A DNA stretch of 64,000 nucleotides from Chlorokybus atmophyticus (GCA_009103225.1 RHPI01001517.1:12505-76504), one strand, 5' to 3'; counted from the first letter of the stretch, positions 1 to 12,300 are shown. The notes: generated by a model from the sequence alone, not told the origin. Numbers and translations: made by a program.

Positions 1-105
1 GAGCGCGAGCGTGCTATGGGATTCTTTCCAGGCAGCATCACAGGCTCCACGCTGACAACCAGTCAACAGTGTCAGTTGTTAGGGCGCGCCATGGATTAAA
101 ACAGC

Positions 106-1601
106 ATGGTGTGGTACTTGGAAATGTGCTTTGCTTTCCAGGACCGCCATGTGTCCTTCCAGGAGCTCGAACACCTGGCTGGGGGGTGGATTGCTCGCTT
201 TTCGGAGACCAAAGTAGCACACACCGCCCTCGAGACCGCCCATATGGAGGAGCAGGCAGCAGTCACTGTGGAAGACATTCCAGTGGTCGCCAACGCTACC
301 TCGTGGTCCCACGCCATTGGACCGCTGGCCACAGGCCAGACTCGAGAGCAACTCGAGGCTCTCCTCAACAAGTGGAGGAGCCAATTCAGCTTCAGTGTGA
401 AGGAGCTGGGCATCTGCTCAGCATACCAGATGGACATTGAACTAGTGGACACCGAACCAGTGTTCAGAAGACAGTACCGCCTCTCCAAGCTAGAAGAAGA
501 TTTGGTGGAACAGAGGTGCAAGGTGCTGCTAGATGCAGGCCTGATCGAGGAGTCCACATTGGACTTTGCGGCCGCGACCGTCATGCCCCTGAAGAAAGAT
601 TCAGCAGGCAACTGGACAGACCGGCGCATGTGTGGCGACTATCGCCCCCTCAACAACAAGACCAAGCAGGACATGTATCCAATGCCTACCGCAGAAGGCA
701 TCTTTGACGATGTAGGAGACTGCACGGTCTTTAGTATCCTGGATATGCGCCAAGGGTACAACCAGATCGCCATCAAGGAGGAGGACAAGCACAAGACTTC
801 CTTCTGGGGAAACCGGCAGCTGTACCAGTGGAAGGTCATGCCCTTCGGACTGAAGAACGCTCCGGCCAAGTTCCAGCGCGTCATGGACAAAGCCCTCAAG
901 GGGTTGGACTTCGCACGCTGCTACATCGACGACATCCTCATCTTCAGTCACAGCAATGAGGAGCATCTCCAGCACATCGAAGAGGTGCTACAGAGGCTGA
1001 AGGAAGTCGGGATGACGGTGCACCCTGACAAGTGCACCTTCTTCACCCACAAGGTACCCTACCTAGGACACATGATTGTGCCCCATGGTGTGTATGTACA
1101 GCAGGCCAAAGTGGAGGCATTGGTGGCTATCCCTGCCCCCACAGACCTCACGCGGCTGCGGGCCTTCCTCGGCCTTGCCAACTATTAACGCCGGTTTGTC
1201 AAGGACTTTGCCAAGATCGCAAGGCCTCTCAACGAACTAATGAAGAAGGACACCGAGTTCTTGTGGAAGGAGGCACAACAGGAGGCCTTTCAGGAGCTGA
1301 AGCTCCGCCTCACCACAGCTCCCATTCTGCAACGCCCTGACTACACCAGGTCGTTCATCCTGCACACAAACTGGAGCAAGCTCGGCATGGGGGCCGTGCT
1401 CGTACAGCACGACAACAACAAGAAGGAGCGCGTAGTGTCGTACGCCAGCCGCAGCAACAACAGTGCTGAGGCCAACTACAGCAGCTACGAAGGCGAGTGT
1501 CTCGCCGCAGTGTGGGCCATCTCCTTCTTCCGACCCTTCCTGTTTGGACGGCAGTTCCAACTGGTCACTGACCATCAACCCCTCAAGTGGTTAATGAACA
1601 A
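106..1601 (+). mobile_element. Ty3/Gypsy LTR retrotransposon pol remnant 1 (RT + RNase H), disrupted and truncated
   Basis: RT motifs RRMCGDYRPLN, ILDMRQGYNQI, WKVMPFGLKNAPAKFQR and catalytic YIDD (922-933). An in-frame TAA at 1186-1188 replaces Tyr in LGLANY-Y-RRFV. The RNase H segment follows (YASRSNNSAEANYSSYEGECLAAVWA, LVTDHQPLKWL). Homology stops abruptly near 1601, before integrase. Confidence 0.95.
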
Positions 1602-2800
1602 GGGAGTGACTCCAGCACGGTGATGCCTTGTTGTCGGCGGAACATTTGGAACTCCACAACTCCAGTAGCTATGTGGTACTGCTTCTGCACTGTAGCCTGG
1701 TCTTTGTAGACAGGGAAGTGTGCAGTGAGCTGAGGCCTGGTCAGTAGCATGTGTGCTGCTACTTGTGCGCTCCAGCGACGCTCGGATGGCTCCTGAAAGG
1801 CCACTTCTTCGGTGACAGTCTCCTGAGACTCATCGTACGGTGTAGGAGAGTCCTCTTCAGCGTTTAGGCTCGGGCTCGAGCTCGTTGCAGTTGTCCTCGG
1901 CTGCGTTCGGGCACGAGGAGTCTGTAGTAGGCATAAACAAGGGTGGACTCTACTATGTGGAGGAGGACGGTGCGCACAAGGTTGTTGTAAAGACAAGGGT
2001 GGTTAAGAAGACAGCGTCAAAGACACCACACGGTCATGGCAACAAGGAGGAGGCACTGAAGGTTGCTGTCACAAGGAGATTGGAGCCCGTGGGAGCTGCA
2101 AAGAGCTATAAGAAAGCGCTGGCGAGCAAGGTGCAGCAAGTGCAGGTTACCAAGGAGCATGTGCAGCAAGAGCAGCACAGAGACAATGGTAAGAAGCTAA
2201 AGGTTAACTAGAAGTCCCGAGTTGTTGTGAGAAACAAGGTGTTCCACATAAACAAGTTTCAAGCTTTGGTGGGAAGCGTGGAGGAGCTGGGGCAAGAGGT
2301 GAAGAGCTTCTACGCCAATGTTCGGAAGAAGAGAAGCAAGGATTGCGAGTATGTTGGAGGTGTTAAAGACCAAGCTGCCCTTGTGGGAGTGTTAAAGGAA
2401 TCACATGGATGATGCTTGTATCCGGTCAACTTGCCCTCCACACAGGAGTCGAGAACCGAAGGTACTTTGGGCTAAGCACGTGGACTCTGGACTTAGCAAG
2501 ACGGTCAAGCCAGGACGGATTGCGGACCAGATGCTGAGTAGAGCGTAGGGAGACACCGCATAGCTTTATGATTACGTCAGCTTAGCAAGCGTGGCTTGTT
2601 GGAAAACAATCGACTAGTCGTGAGCTAGACAACGCAACTTGGAGCGCGTTCAAAAGCTGAGTATAGCGGACGCGGTGCTTGCGAATGTAGACGTGTGTAG
2701 CAACTGGCGAGGTATAAAACCCCTGGAGTTGTGTGGCATCAAGGGCAGTAGCAATCATGCTCTCGTGTTAATGTTGTTGGCGTGTCACTTGCACGTGTGT
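1602..2800. other. Unassigned segment between the two Gypsy remnants, probably transposon-derived
   Basis: The + frame 1885-2412 is open apart from one TAG (2209-2211) and is K/V/E-rich. The - ORF 1583-1996 ends in EFQMFRRQQGITVLE, weakly like a retrotransposon gag motif. No firm family assignment. Confidence 0.3.
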
Positions 2801-2802
2801 CT

Positions 2803-5400
2803 GTCAACACACGGTTCTTGACCGCTACTGTATGTACACACCAGACTAGATCTTTGACAGCGTGGGCACTTGAAAGTGTTTTTTTATCCTCGACATGCGA
2901 TCTGGTTGCCAACAGATCGCCATCTAGGACAACCACAAGTGCAAGACCGCCTTCTGAGGCAACCGAACCCTCTACCAGTGGAAGGTCATGTCTTTCGGGT
3001 GTAGTACGCGCCGGCTGTCTTTCACCGCGTATGGACCGAACCCTAGGCGGGCTGGACAACTCAAAGTGTGGCATCGATGACATCTTTATCTTCGGCCACA
3101 TTGCAGAGGCCCACCTGCAACTGATGGAACACAACCTCACAGCACACCCTGAGAAGTGCACTTTCTTCGCTAATAAGATCCCTTACCTCGGTCACCTCAT
3201 CGTCTCCAATGAAGTGATGGTGCAGCAAGTAAAGGTGGACGCGTTGCTGAAGGTACCACCTCTTACCAACATCTAACGGCTACGTGCCTTCCTTGGTTTA
3301 GCCAACTACTACCGTAGGTTCGTGCTGAACTTCTTAAGGATAGCCAAGCCTCAACGACCAACTCAAGAAGGCCATCACCTTGCATTAAGGTGAATCTGAG
3401 CAACAGGCGTTTGAGGCACTTAAGAGCCCCCCTTCAGTCTGCCCCCATACTAGCACGCCCTGACTACAGCAAGCCCTTCATCCATCACACATATTGGAGT
3501 CGGCTACGCGCAATGCTATGTCACAAAAATGACGAGGGCAAGGAACAAGTTATTGCTTACGCTAGCCGGAGCAATAACGCTGCTAACGCAAATTACAGCA
3601 GCTACAAAGGGGAGCAACTTGCAGCTGTTTAGGCTACTCAATTCTTGCGGCCATTCCCGTTCGGTTACCAGTTCGAACTGGTAATAAACCCTTCAGTGGC
3701 TTCTTATCAACAACAAATTAACCGGTAAGCACGCTTGCTGGGCCTTGTTGCTGCAAAAGTATGATTTCACCATCACGCACAAGCCCGGTAGCATCAACAC
3801 CGATGCTGGTGGTCTGAGCTGCAACCCCAATCCCGACGCCGTGGACACTACCGCTGCGCGCTACGACGGCGACACCCCCCACCAGCACGTTATGTTGATC
3901 GTGGCAGCCGGCATACGCATTAAAGCACGCTCCGTGCCACTATACCTCCAGCATACGAGGGAGACATCTAGATGCCCTTAACCTGCAGTTGGTGAAGACA
4001 GGAGCCTTACACGGTGGGCTCGACTACGAGGAGGTTGATTGCGCAGCTTCGGGCAAAAATATACACCTGGGACAACGACACGCTTTGGCACGTCATGAAT
4101 GACGGTCAGCGCAAGGAGGTGCCCCAGCCTCATCGACGAGCATCCATCATCACCAACCTCCACCACCGGCTAGGCCACTTCCGCATAAAGCGCACTACCA
4201 ACATGGTGCGCAGCGATTACTGGTGGGACGGGCTCACGCGCAACGCCGCTGAAGTACTCCAGCAATGTAAGTCCTATAATTGTATACGGGCAAGCTTCTA
4301 ACACCGTTACCCCCAGCTGCACCCTCTCGCCATTATGGGTCTGGGCTACCGCTAAAGCATGAACCGGGCGGGCGAGCTGCCCATCACACGCCGTGGCAAC
4401 GTGTACGTTCTCGTCGCCATTAAAAACTTTAGCAAGTGGGTTGAGCTTATCCCCTTGCCCGACAAGTTGGTCACAACAGTGACGCAGATCTTTCTTAATC
4501 GTATACTCAGCAGGTTTGGCGCCTGTGCAGAATTCCTCACCAACCGCGGCACCGAATTTAAGGGGGGTATTGAACGTCCTTCTCAACCGCTCACTTATTG
4601 ATCACCGCCGCACCAGCCGTGATCACCCACAAGCTGACGGGCTTGCTGAAAGAATGGTGCAGACAGTCAAAAAGGCCCTTCGGCGTTATTGCGTGACCCA
4701 TCCGCAGGAGGAATGGGATGAATTCCTGTTTTGGCTTGCCCTTAGCTATCGTTGCACCCATCAAGCAGCACTGCGCTTCTTTAGCCCATACTTCCTCATG
4801 TACGGAAGCGAACCACTGCTCCCCTTCCGCGTTCGCCATGCTACAGAGGCAGTTGAAAACATCATCAACAGACGCACCGACATGATGGAAGTGCTGACGG
4901 CCCGCGCCAACCTGCTCAGAACCGCGGTACCCTCCGCTCTGGCCAACCTCAAGGCCTCGTAGCGCAGGGATAAGCGCCGGTATAAAAACGTGCGCAGCGG
5001 CAGCTACTTGCCTCAAACTCGCAGGTCCATTGGGGAGACTACGTCTACCGCAGGAAGCAAACCACCCACACCCTGAACCTAGCCAACTACGGCATGGTTT
5101 ACAAGGTGGCTTAGAGATGCGCTCAAGGCACCATGTCGCTGCGTGACCCCTCAGGCGCCCTCATGACCGACCATGTGGAGAATTGTCCTCCCTGTAATCT
5201 CCCGTACATCGAAGGACTGGCAAAACCCGGCCCGCGGGTTTGTATCATAAGATGCGCCGGGTGCGCCTTCACCAACTCGGAATATTTGGATTTGTGACCG
5301 TGCTTGTGCCTTGTCACCTGTGAGTTGGTCCAAACAACAACCCCCTCACCAAGACACGGTATTCACACCGGAACCTTGCCCCCTCTGCCAAGCACACACG
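2803..5400 (+). mobile_element. Ty3/Gypsy pol remnant 2 (partial RT, RNase H, integrase, Cys/His-rich tail), heavily degenerate
   Basis: RT paralogous to remnant 1 (FFILDMRSGCQQIAI*, LYQWKVMSFG, GIDDIFIF, KCTFFANKIPYLGH). RNase H (YASRSNNAANANYSSY). Integrase H2C2 (LHHRLGHF...DYWW...C). Integrase core (GNVYVLVAIKNFSKWVE, HPQADGLAERMVQTVKKALRRY). Many stops and frameshifts. Confidence 0.92.
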
Positions 5401-5704
5401 CGCGGCCCGCCACTCGCGTACGCACGCGCATGCGCTCGAAGCTACACACCGACTTGTCTAGCGCCTTGGATCGTCACACCAGCAAACACACACTACTAGA
5501 CACACGCTAGCAACCCCTGCTAACCACCACCAAGCTTGCACACCAGAAACTAGGGAGCTAAAGGTTGTATTGCACATTGTAGAATGTCACTTTTATACCT
5601 ACCAATCTGCACATGCTACTGTTTAAACAATTCCCGTGCTACACAAAATTAGATGCTAAGATGTTATCACAGAACCTTGTAGTATACTTCTGGATCTTTC
5701 TTAA

Positions 5705-6135
5705 GCACCAAAGATTTCCTGATTAGGTGCTCATGTGGTCAAGTTGTACTACTTGGCGCCAGGCCCTTCTAAAAATCTAGTCGAGCCCTTCGACTGGCCC
5801 TCCGTTTTCTGGCACCTTCCAGACTGGTCATGGGGCCCCGGTCGATATCCGCGGCAAACTCATAACTCGCCGATATCTGCCACATGTCACACAATCTTAG
5901 TGCTCGATAAACGGTACTTGGCGACATGAGCACCAAAGATCTCCTGATTAGGTATCCATACGGTCAAGTTATACTACTTGGCGGCAGGCCCTTCCAAAAA
6001 TCTGGTCGAGCCCTTCTCGACTGGCCCTCCGTTTTCTGGCACCTTCCGGACTGGTCATGGGCCCCCGATCAACATCCGCGGCAGACTCATAACTCGCCGA
6101 GATCCGCCACAATCATGAAAACGTGGTGCTCGATA
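5705..6135. repeat. Two-copy ~225-bp tandem repeat
   Basis: gcaccaaagat(t/c)tcctgattaggt recurs at 5705 and 5930. Shared blocks include ctggccctccgttttctggcaccttcc and actcataactcgccga. Confidence 0.85.
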
Positions 6136-6168
6136 AATGGGCCAAAACAGGTCCTAAAATCATGAAAT

Positions 6169-6350
6169 TTGGCCTCGACTGTTACGGATTGGTCATCGAA
6201 ACAGTGTGACACTTGTCGGGAATACTGGCACTCAGCATGCAGCCTCGATGTCACACCTTCTGTGGTTGACCCCGACATTGCCACCACCTCCGCGGAGCTG
6301 CCATGGCGTTGTCACTGGTGCGAAGCTCATCGCGAGGACGGCGATGACCA
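6169..6350 (+). pseudogene. PHD-finger C-terminal half fragment
   Basis: QCDTCREYWHSAC...PWRCHWC matches the C-x2-C-x4-H-x2-C...W-x-C-x2-C half of a PHD finger. It runs into a G homopolymer and an N gap. Confidence 0.6.
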
Positions 6351-6355
6351 GGCAA

Positions 6356-6386
<31 letters not shown>

Positions 6387-6406
6387 NNNNNNNNNNNNNN
6401 NNNNNN
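6387..6406. other. Assembly gap (20 N) flanked by poly-G
   Basis: N run with long G tracts on both sides. Confidence 0.99.
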
Positions 6407-6428
6407 GGGGGGGGGGGGGCGGGGGGCT

Positions 6429-7516
6429 TGTTGAGTGATTACCACTCTATTAAGTTAAGGGAACTACACATTTATTTTTCCTCCTCGCTGTCTCTCGCAC
6501 ACACTGCAGTACAGCTTCTGTGTCCCCTGCTTGGCCTCTTGCAGGCTGCCCGGTAACTTTGGTCGTTCTTAACACTTGTACATATTCGTGTACTTACTCC
6601 CACTACAAGACACACCCCGCAGTCGGAGCCTTCTTGCACGACAGCTGTCACTGGTGCTGACCATCGACACGCACTTCTCCCTTGCACTTCATCACACGCA
6701 AGTGTTGCCCTGATAATATCCGGATCAATCGATCCGTGCCCAAACTGCTAGCCCTTAGCCCCACCAATAGGAACGAGCCCCTGTGGCGGCGGGCCACGTT
6801 GACACCCAACGTAGGCAACTCCCGCCAGAGCATCGGTAGTGAGTTGTGAGTAGACGGACTAGAGCAGAACCGGCGGTGGCAATGCCCGAAACTGACCATT
6901 CGGCCCACCTTTAAGCCGATGAGCGCCCGAGGCTCAATAAAGTAGAGCCCAACAGTACAAGTAGTTCGGTGATGGTTGTGTATGCGCTGTAAGCATGCCA
7001 GCTGTTCCGACAGACAATGTTCTCCCCCCGGACCTACCTTTGCCTATACACTTGTAAGTGTACACTCTTGCTTTTATGCTTGTGGCCATCGCATTTGCCA
7101 CCTGCACACTGCATCAGCCCTACACTTCTCGCAGTGCTTGCTTGCACCCCACTCACTATTTAATTGTGGTTGTGCTTGCTTGCAATTGCATACGCGGTGC
7201 TTGTAGTGTGTGATCTCGTCCTACTTAGCCATCACCGCATACATACATTGCATGACCGCTGTGTGCATTCTCCAAGCGCCCTTGTTTAGGAGCTTGTTAG
7301 ATGATTACCACTCTCTATCAATCTAAGGGGACTACATCGTTATTTTCCTCCTCACTGTCTCTCGCACACGTTGCTACATTACAGCGTCGGTGTTCCTTGC
7401 TTGGCCTCCTGCAGGCTGCCCGGTAACTTTACTCGTGCTTGACACTTGTACACATTCGTGTACATACTACTCCCACTGCAAGACACACGCCGCATTTGAG
7501 GCCTTCTTGCACGACA
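6429..7516 (+). mobile_element. TRIM-like non-autonomous LTR element (LTR-like direct repeats 6429-6643 and 7295-7516)
   Basis: Two ~215-222 bp direct repeats, each starting TGTT and ending ...cacgaCA. Shared blocks include gatt-accactct, ttttcctcctc, gcaggctgcccggtaacttt and gccttcttgcacgaca. The ~650 bp between them is non-coding. No target-site duplication is visible. Confidence 0.6.
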
Positions 7517-9323
7517 TAAATGTGTCTTGCAATTATTCATTCATAATATCCTACCAACCAACTATTAAATGTAATACACATTGCAACTCCTTTGTTACCG
7601 TGTTGAATTTGGTACGTCCGGCGACATCATGTCGCCAGACGTACTAAATTAATATAATGATTATATGAAAAAAATATCACGATCTGCAGTGTTCTCGACA
7701 TGTATAGTATATGACACATATGTGCTATTGTCAGTCAGCTTAGCTAGCCCTATTGTAGCTTATTCGTTGGCACTGGATAAGCTACTCATAGACTGCAGTT
7801 GTATGTATTTATAGGCTGCAAGCAGTTAAGATGGTACAGTCTGGTCTGGTCTTTGGTAGGACCCAGACAAAGGGCCCAGAGCTAACAGGTCGCGAGCTAT
7901 TGCGTGAGTTCCCTCTGGTCACTTCGTTGGCAGTGTAGCGCTGCTCTTACCACTGTGCTCTTTATGCTTGTTGTGCATAATTGCATGTAGCATCTCTAGG
8001 CAACACATCACTCATTATCCACTGCTTGTAGTCAACTGGTGTTTCATCGTATATATGTTTTGAAAACAAAACAAAATTTGTAGACACATCGTGTATAATG
8101 TATATAATTTATGAATAGCATTTGTACATTCTCAATGGCAAGTGTTTTGGATGGCAAGTGTTTTTAACTTATACACTTGTTCATGTGGCCCCCTATCACA
8201 TTTCGCCCGTTGAATTTTTTTGGGAGGGGGGGCACTATTGGGCCATGCCCGTATAGTATGGCCATACTATACCCATCCCTAATTAATTGCGCCCATACTA
8301 TGCTATTACAGGTTTGCGATAAACACATTACATTTATTTTAACATTGATTGAGTATAACGTACCGCGATCAACCTGCCACTAGTATTACGGACTCAAAGT
8401 AAAGCTTACGTTGAGCATAACTGCGACTGTTAGTAGTTTCGCGGTTTAATTACGGTACATCACTTGCAATCAATGATTATATTTTTAAGTCTAAGTTTAC
8501 GTGTATATATATTGCACATTATATCACGGTTGATTATGACGAATGTAAGTACGCTTCAATACTGTAATCGTATATAATGCCCCTTTTTAAAGAAATGCCG
8601 TTTTTAATGCAATTACCCCTTCATTTACTAAGCATGGCATTACGTCAGACTTTGGGCACTATGAACGGGTAATTACGGTGCATGATGTGGTGTAAGTGGC
8701 CTTGGCAAGATTTTACTGTACTTACTCGGTAGGTTGAAGCCCCGGGCTTTTTTAAAAACCCCCCACCCCCTTATTAAGAAAGCATGAAGTAATTAACCAT
8801 GCAATCCGTTAATGTAGGGGGCAAAGTCTTCTCTAAGGGGGGCTTCTAACCGAATAAATACGATATGTTTGTATGCTGTGCATGGCACCAACTACCTCTA
8901 TGTTGTATGCATGTCCAGTGGTAATGTGAATGCAAACAGGTAAGTGATAGGATTTAGGAGTATTCTGCTCATAACCGCCATATTCTCTCGGCGCGTGCCT
9001 TGGCTGACGGCTGAGCAATCCCTTTCAGAGGATCAAGCCTTGAATCGGCAAGCAGTCCGCATGCTCCACATACATAAGTGGCATGCTGTTGCCGGAGTGA
9101 TTGATTCACTAGCTGCAGTGCACAGCAGCACTGGCCCAGGCCAGGCCAGACCAGACCAGACCAGGCCGGACAATGTCTTTACGTCAGCCAGACGCCAGGT
9201 TTGACAGCATACGGGTAAGTGCGTTGCGGCCAGACACCGCACAGCTCGGCATGCTGCTGCTATAGGCTAGAAACTGATGGATTGCGCCTTGCTGAAGCTT
9301 ATTTTCACCTGGCATGTGTGCAG

Positions 9324-12300
9324 TCTTCTCTGGACTTGACCGCCGCAGCAGCCAGGCTCAGAAACCAACTGCTTGAGGTACGTGCCTTTTGCTGCTGTTT
9401 GCAAGCTTGTAACACAGCTGAACACTTGCAGCTCAAGTGTCAACGCTGAATGCTCCGACACTAAATGCTTGTTGCCATCGACACATGCCGCTTGCTTTCA
9501 GGTTGCAATGACCCTGCCGAGTCTGTTGAAAGACGGCCCCCAACTGGCTGCGGCTTTGCACCGCTATGAAGCCTACTGGCTGCCTCTTGTAGCGAGTGAG
9601 TTGCAGCCTCGCTCAACATCCCAGCAGCAGTGTGCTCCTGCGACTGCTTGTGTTTGATAGCTGTGTTGGTTATGAGACAAGTAGCGAGCACTGCTGGCAG
9701 TTGCCGTTTCTATTGCTGCTTCTGCTGATGCATCTGCTGCCGTTGTTGTTATCAGTGTTGTTGTGCAACTCGTTGATGTTGCTGTTGTTATCAACGACCA
9801 ACCGGCATTTGCTCTGCAGGCGGCTCCAAGCCGCCCACAACCATTGCCCCACCCGTGGACGTGCAATGGGTGTGGCAATGCCACATGCTGTCGCCGACCA
9901 CCTACACGTCCGACATGCAGCATGTGTTTGGCAGAGTGCTGGACCACGCGCTGCTCGGCCGCGGAGAGCGCCTGCATGCGCAGCAGCGCGCGCGCGTTGC
10001 CTGGGAGGAACAGTACCCTGGCGTGCCCTTTGAACTCCAGCCTGATGGGTCAGACGCAACACGCGGTGTTGCGGCAAAGTTCGTGTCACAGTTCAAGTAT
10101 GACATCGAGGCGGCGGCATTGCGCCAAGCTGCTTTCATCTACCAGGTGCGCGCGTGCATGTGCGTAGTGGATGCGTGCGCACTTATGTGCATGTTCGTCC
10201 GCATGTGCGCACGCCTCAGGTTGACGTACACACGAAGCTTACAGGCCTTGCATGCATGTGTTGCAAACTGCACGCCTTTATAATCAACAGCCTGCTGGAA
10301 CTGGCTAGTTTGGTTTACGCTTCAAGCTTGTACTTGTGTAGGTGGCGCTTCCGCACTATGCAGACACGCAAGTGTTTTTGCGCATGGCAGTGCAGCGGTA
10401 TCGTTGGTTCTGCTACTTGCACGCCATGAATCCGGGTGTTCGTTTGGCACCAACCTACGACATCGATATGGTCTGGCACGCGCACATGATGCATCCAATA
10501 CTGTATGCCTCTGAGACTGCCGAGTGGTCCGGCGGCAAGGTGTTCAAGCACGACGACACCCTCAACGATCGGACTCCAGGGTCCCAACTCAGCAAAGCCG
10601 CCATAGTAAAGCACTCCGATTGAAGTTTACATGGTTGTGTGTGTGTACATCAGCTGCAACCCCCCTCTCTGTGTCCCACATGCAGGCTGTACGCAAGCTG
10701 TGGGCCGAATGGTTTACGGACGCGTATGAAGCAAACGGGGGCATGCTGCGGGGCGATCCTGCCACAGCACTCGGCAACGTTAACGTTGGTGCCAGAACAC
10801 AGTACACCCAAGGTTGATCTCGGTTGGTAGGGGCGCATACATGCACGCGTGTCTGCGCCATTGGCGAGCAGCAGCTCATGCACATGCACATGCACATGCT
10901 AATGCTTCCCATTGCAGACCTCGCCGCTGCCGTCTCTGCGATCACTGTGATTGTGGAGAAGCCTGCGCTCCAATGGACCGGCTTGAAATGCCGTCTTGCG
11001 ATCCCGTCCGCGGTGCGCTACACGTTAAACCCACGCAGCTACTACAACGCGCTCACACCCGCTGTGTCCGACTGGGTCAGGAGCATGCGCGGCGCGGCAT
11101 CCAGCGTGTCGGCTGGAGGAAGTGGGGCAAAACCGTCAGGTGAAGATTTGTGGGTGTCAACAGCATGCTCTTGCACACGGGTGTGCACGACGCCATGCAT
11201 GTGAGCTTCGGCACGCACGCGAGGCTCCCGTCACTGTCCGTTCGTGACTTGCTGAGCGGTAAGGCGGCGTGGCCACATCGGATGGCTGTGAGCACAAACG
11301 CTGGCGAGTGTCGCGTGACGGTGGCTCCATCAGTCAGTGGCGATAAGTCAGCAACCGCAGGTTTGTTGATACCATTGTTACTGTTTGTCGACGTTGTTGT
11401 TGTCCATTGCAGCAGCTCAATGTACACATGAGTGCTGCAACGCCAGTGCTATTGTGTCGTGCGTAGATAATGCTGCAAGTAGCCTTCAGGGCACATCCTG
11501 TGGCTTGCTGTTGACAGTGGTGAACGGTGCGTTTGCGCCCTGCAATCTTCAAGACATCTTTGCGGTACGCTTATGACACGCCTCCTGACGACAATGCAAT
11601 ACAATGTACAGCTGAGCTCAAATGTTGCATAGATAGCAATTTTGTTGTGTGACAGCTTTGCCATTGCCACCATGTGCATGGCAGGTGGAGCAGAACAGCG
11701 CCCAAACCGTAAGCATGCTATGCGGGCAGCTCGCGCTGGCAAAACCTGTGAGCGGCCATGCCGCCATACACACCGTGTGCGATTCTTATGGCAAGGAGCT
11801 CTTCATTGTGCAGGTAACACCAACCAAGCAAGCAAATGTCGCAGTCATTGTCGTTGTGCACAACTGACATTCCTGTACAACAGACATTGCATGCATGCAT
11901 GCATGCATGCATACTCGCGTGCGTGCACGTGTGTGTGCGCAGGCAGGCACCCACGCACGCACGCAAATAGACGGACACAAAGTCAGTTACGTGCCGCGCA
12001 TATTGACGCACACGTAGGAGACTCTTTCACCCGCAGGTTTCTTATGACGCGAGCATGACAAGGTGCTGTCCCGTGCCGCCGCTGCATGCTCCGAGGGCTT
12101 GTGTGATTGTGAGGAATGCAAAGTCGCACGAAGTGGAGGCCACAGCACACATGAGCGGGCCGTATGAGCTCCCCACACCGCAGCAAGTGGATGAGACGAG
12201 ATTGTTGATGACTGTCACACTGGATGAAATTAACGGCGAGCGCGCGATGATAATACGTGGCCGCGATGGCGACTGGGGCGTGTGCAAAGGCACGTGGGTT

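Noticed and set aside
6261-6276. tggttgaccccgac resembling a tRNA-Trp primer-binding site
   Set aside because: It lies inside the PHD-coding fragment, has an extra base and does not follow an LTR end.
6357-6426. Long G/C homopolymers at N gaps (also 37.8 and 50.6 kb) as functional G-quadruplex elements
   Set aside because: Run lengths next to gaps are unreliable and typical of sequencing dropout, so they were treated as assembly features.
9134-9168. (CCAGG/CCAGA)n pentamer runs, also near 29232 and 30647
   Set aside because: Short microsatellites in inconsistent orientation relative to genes, with no evidence of function.
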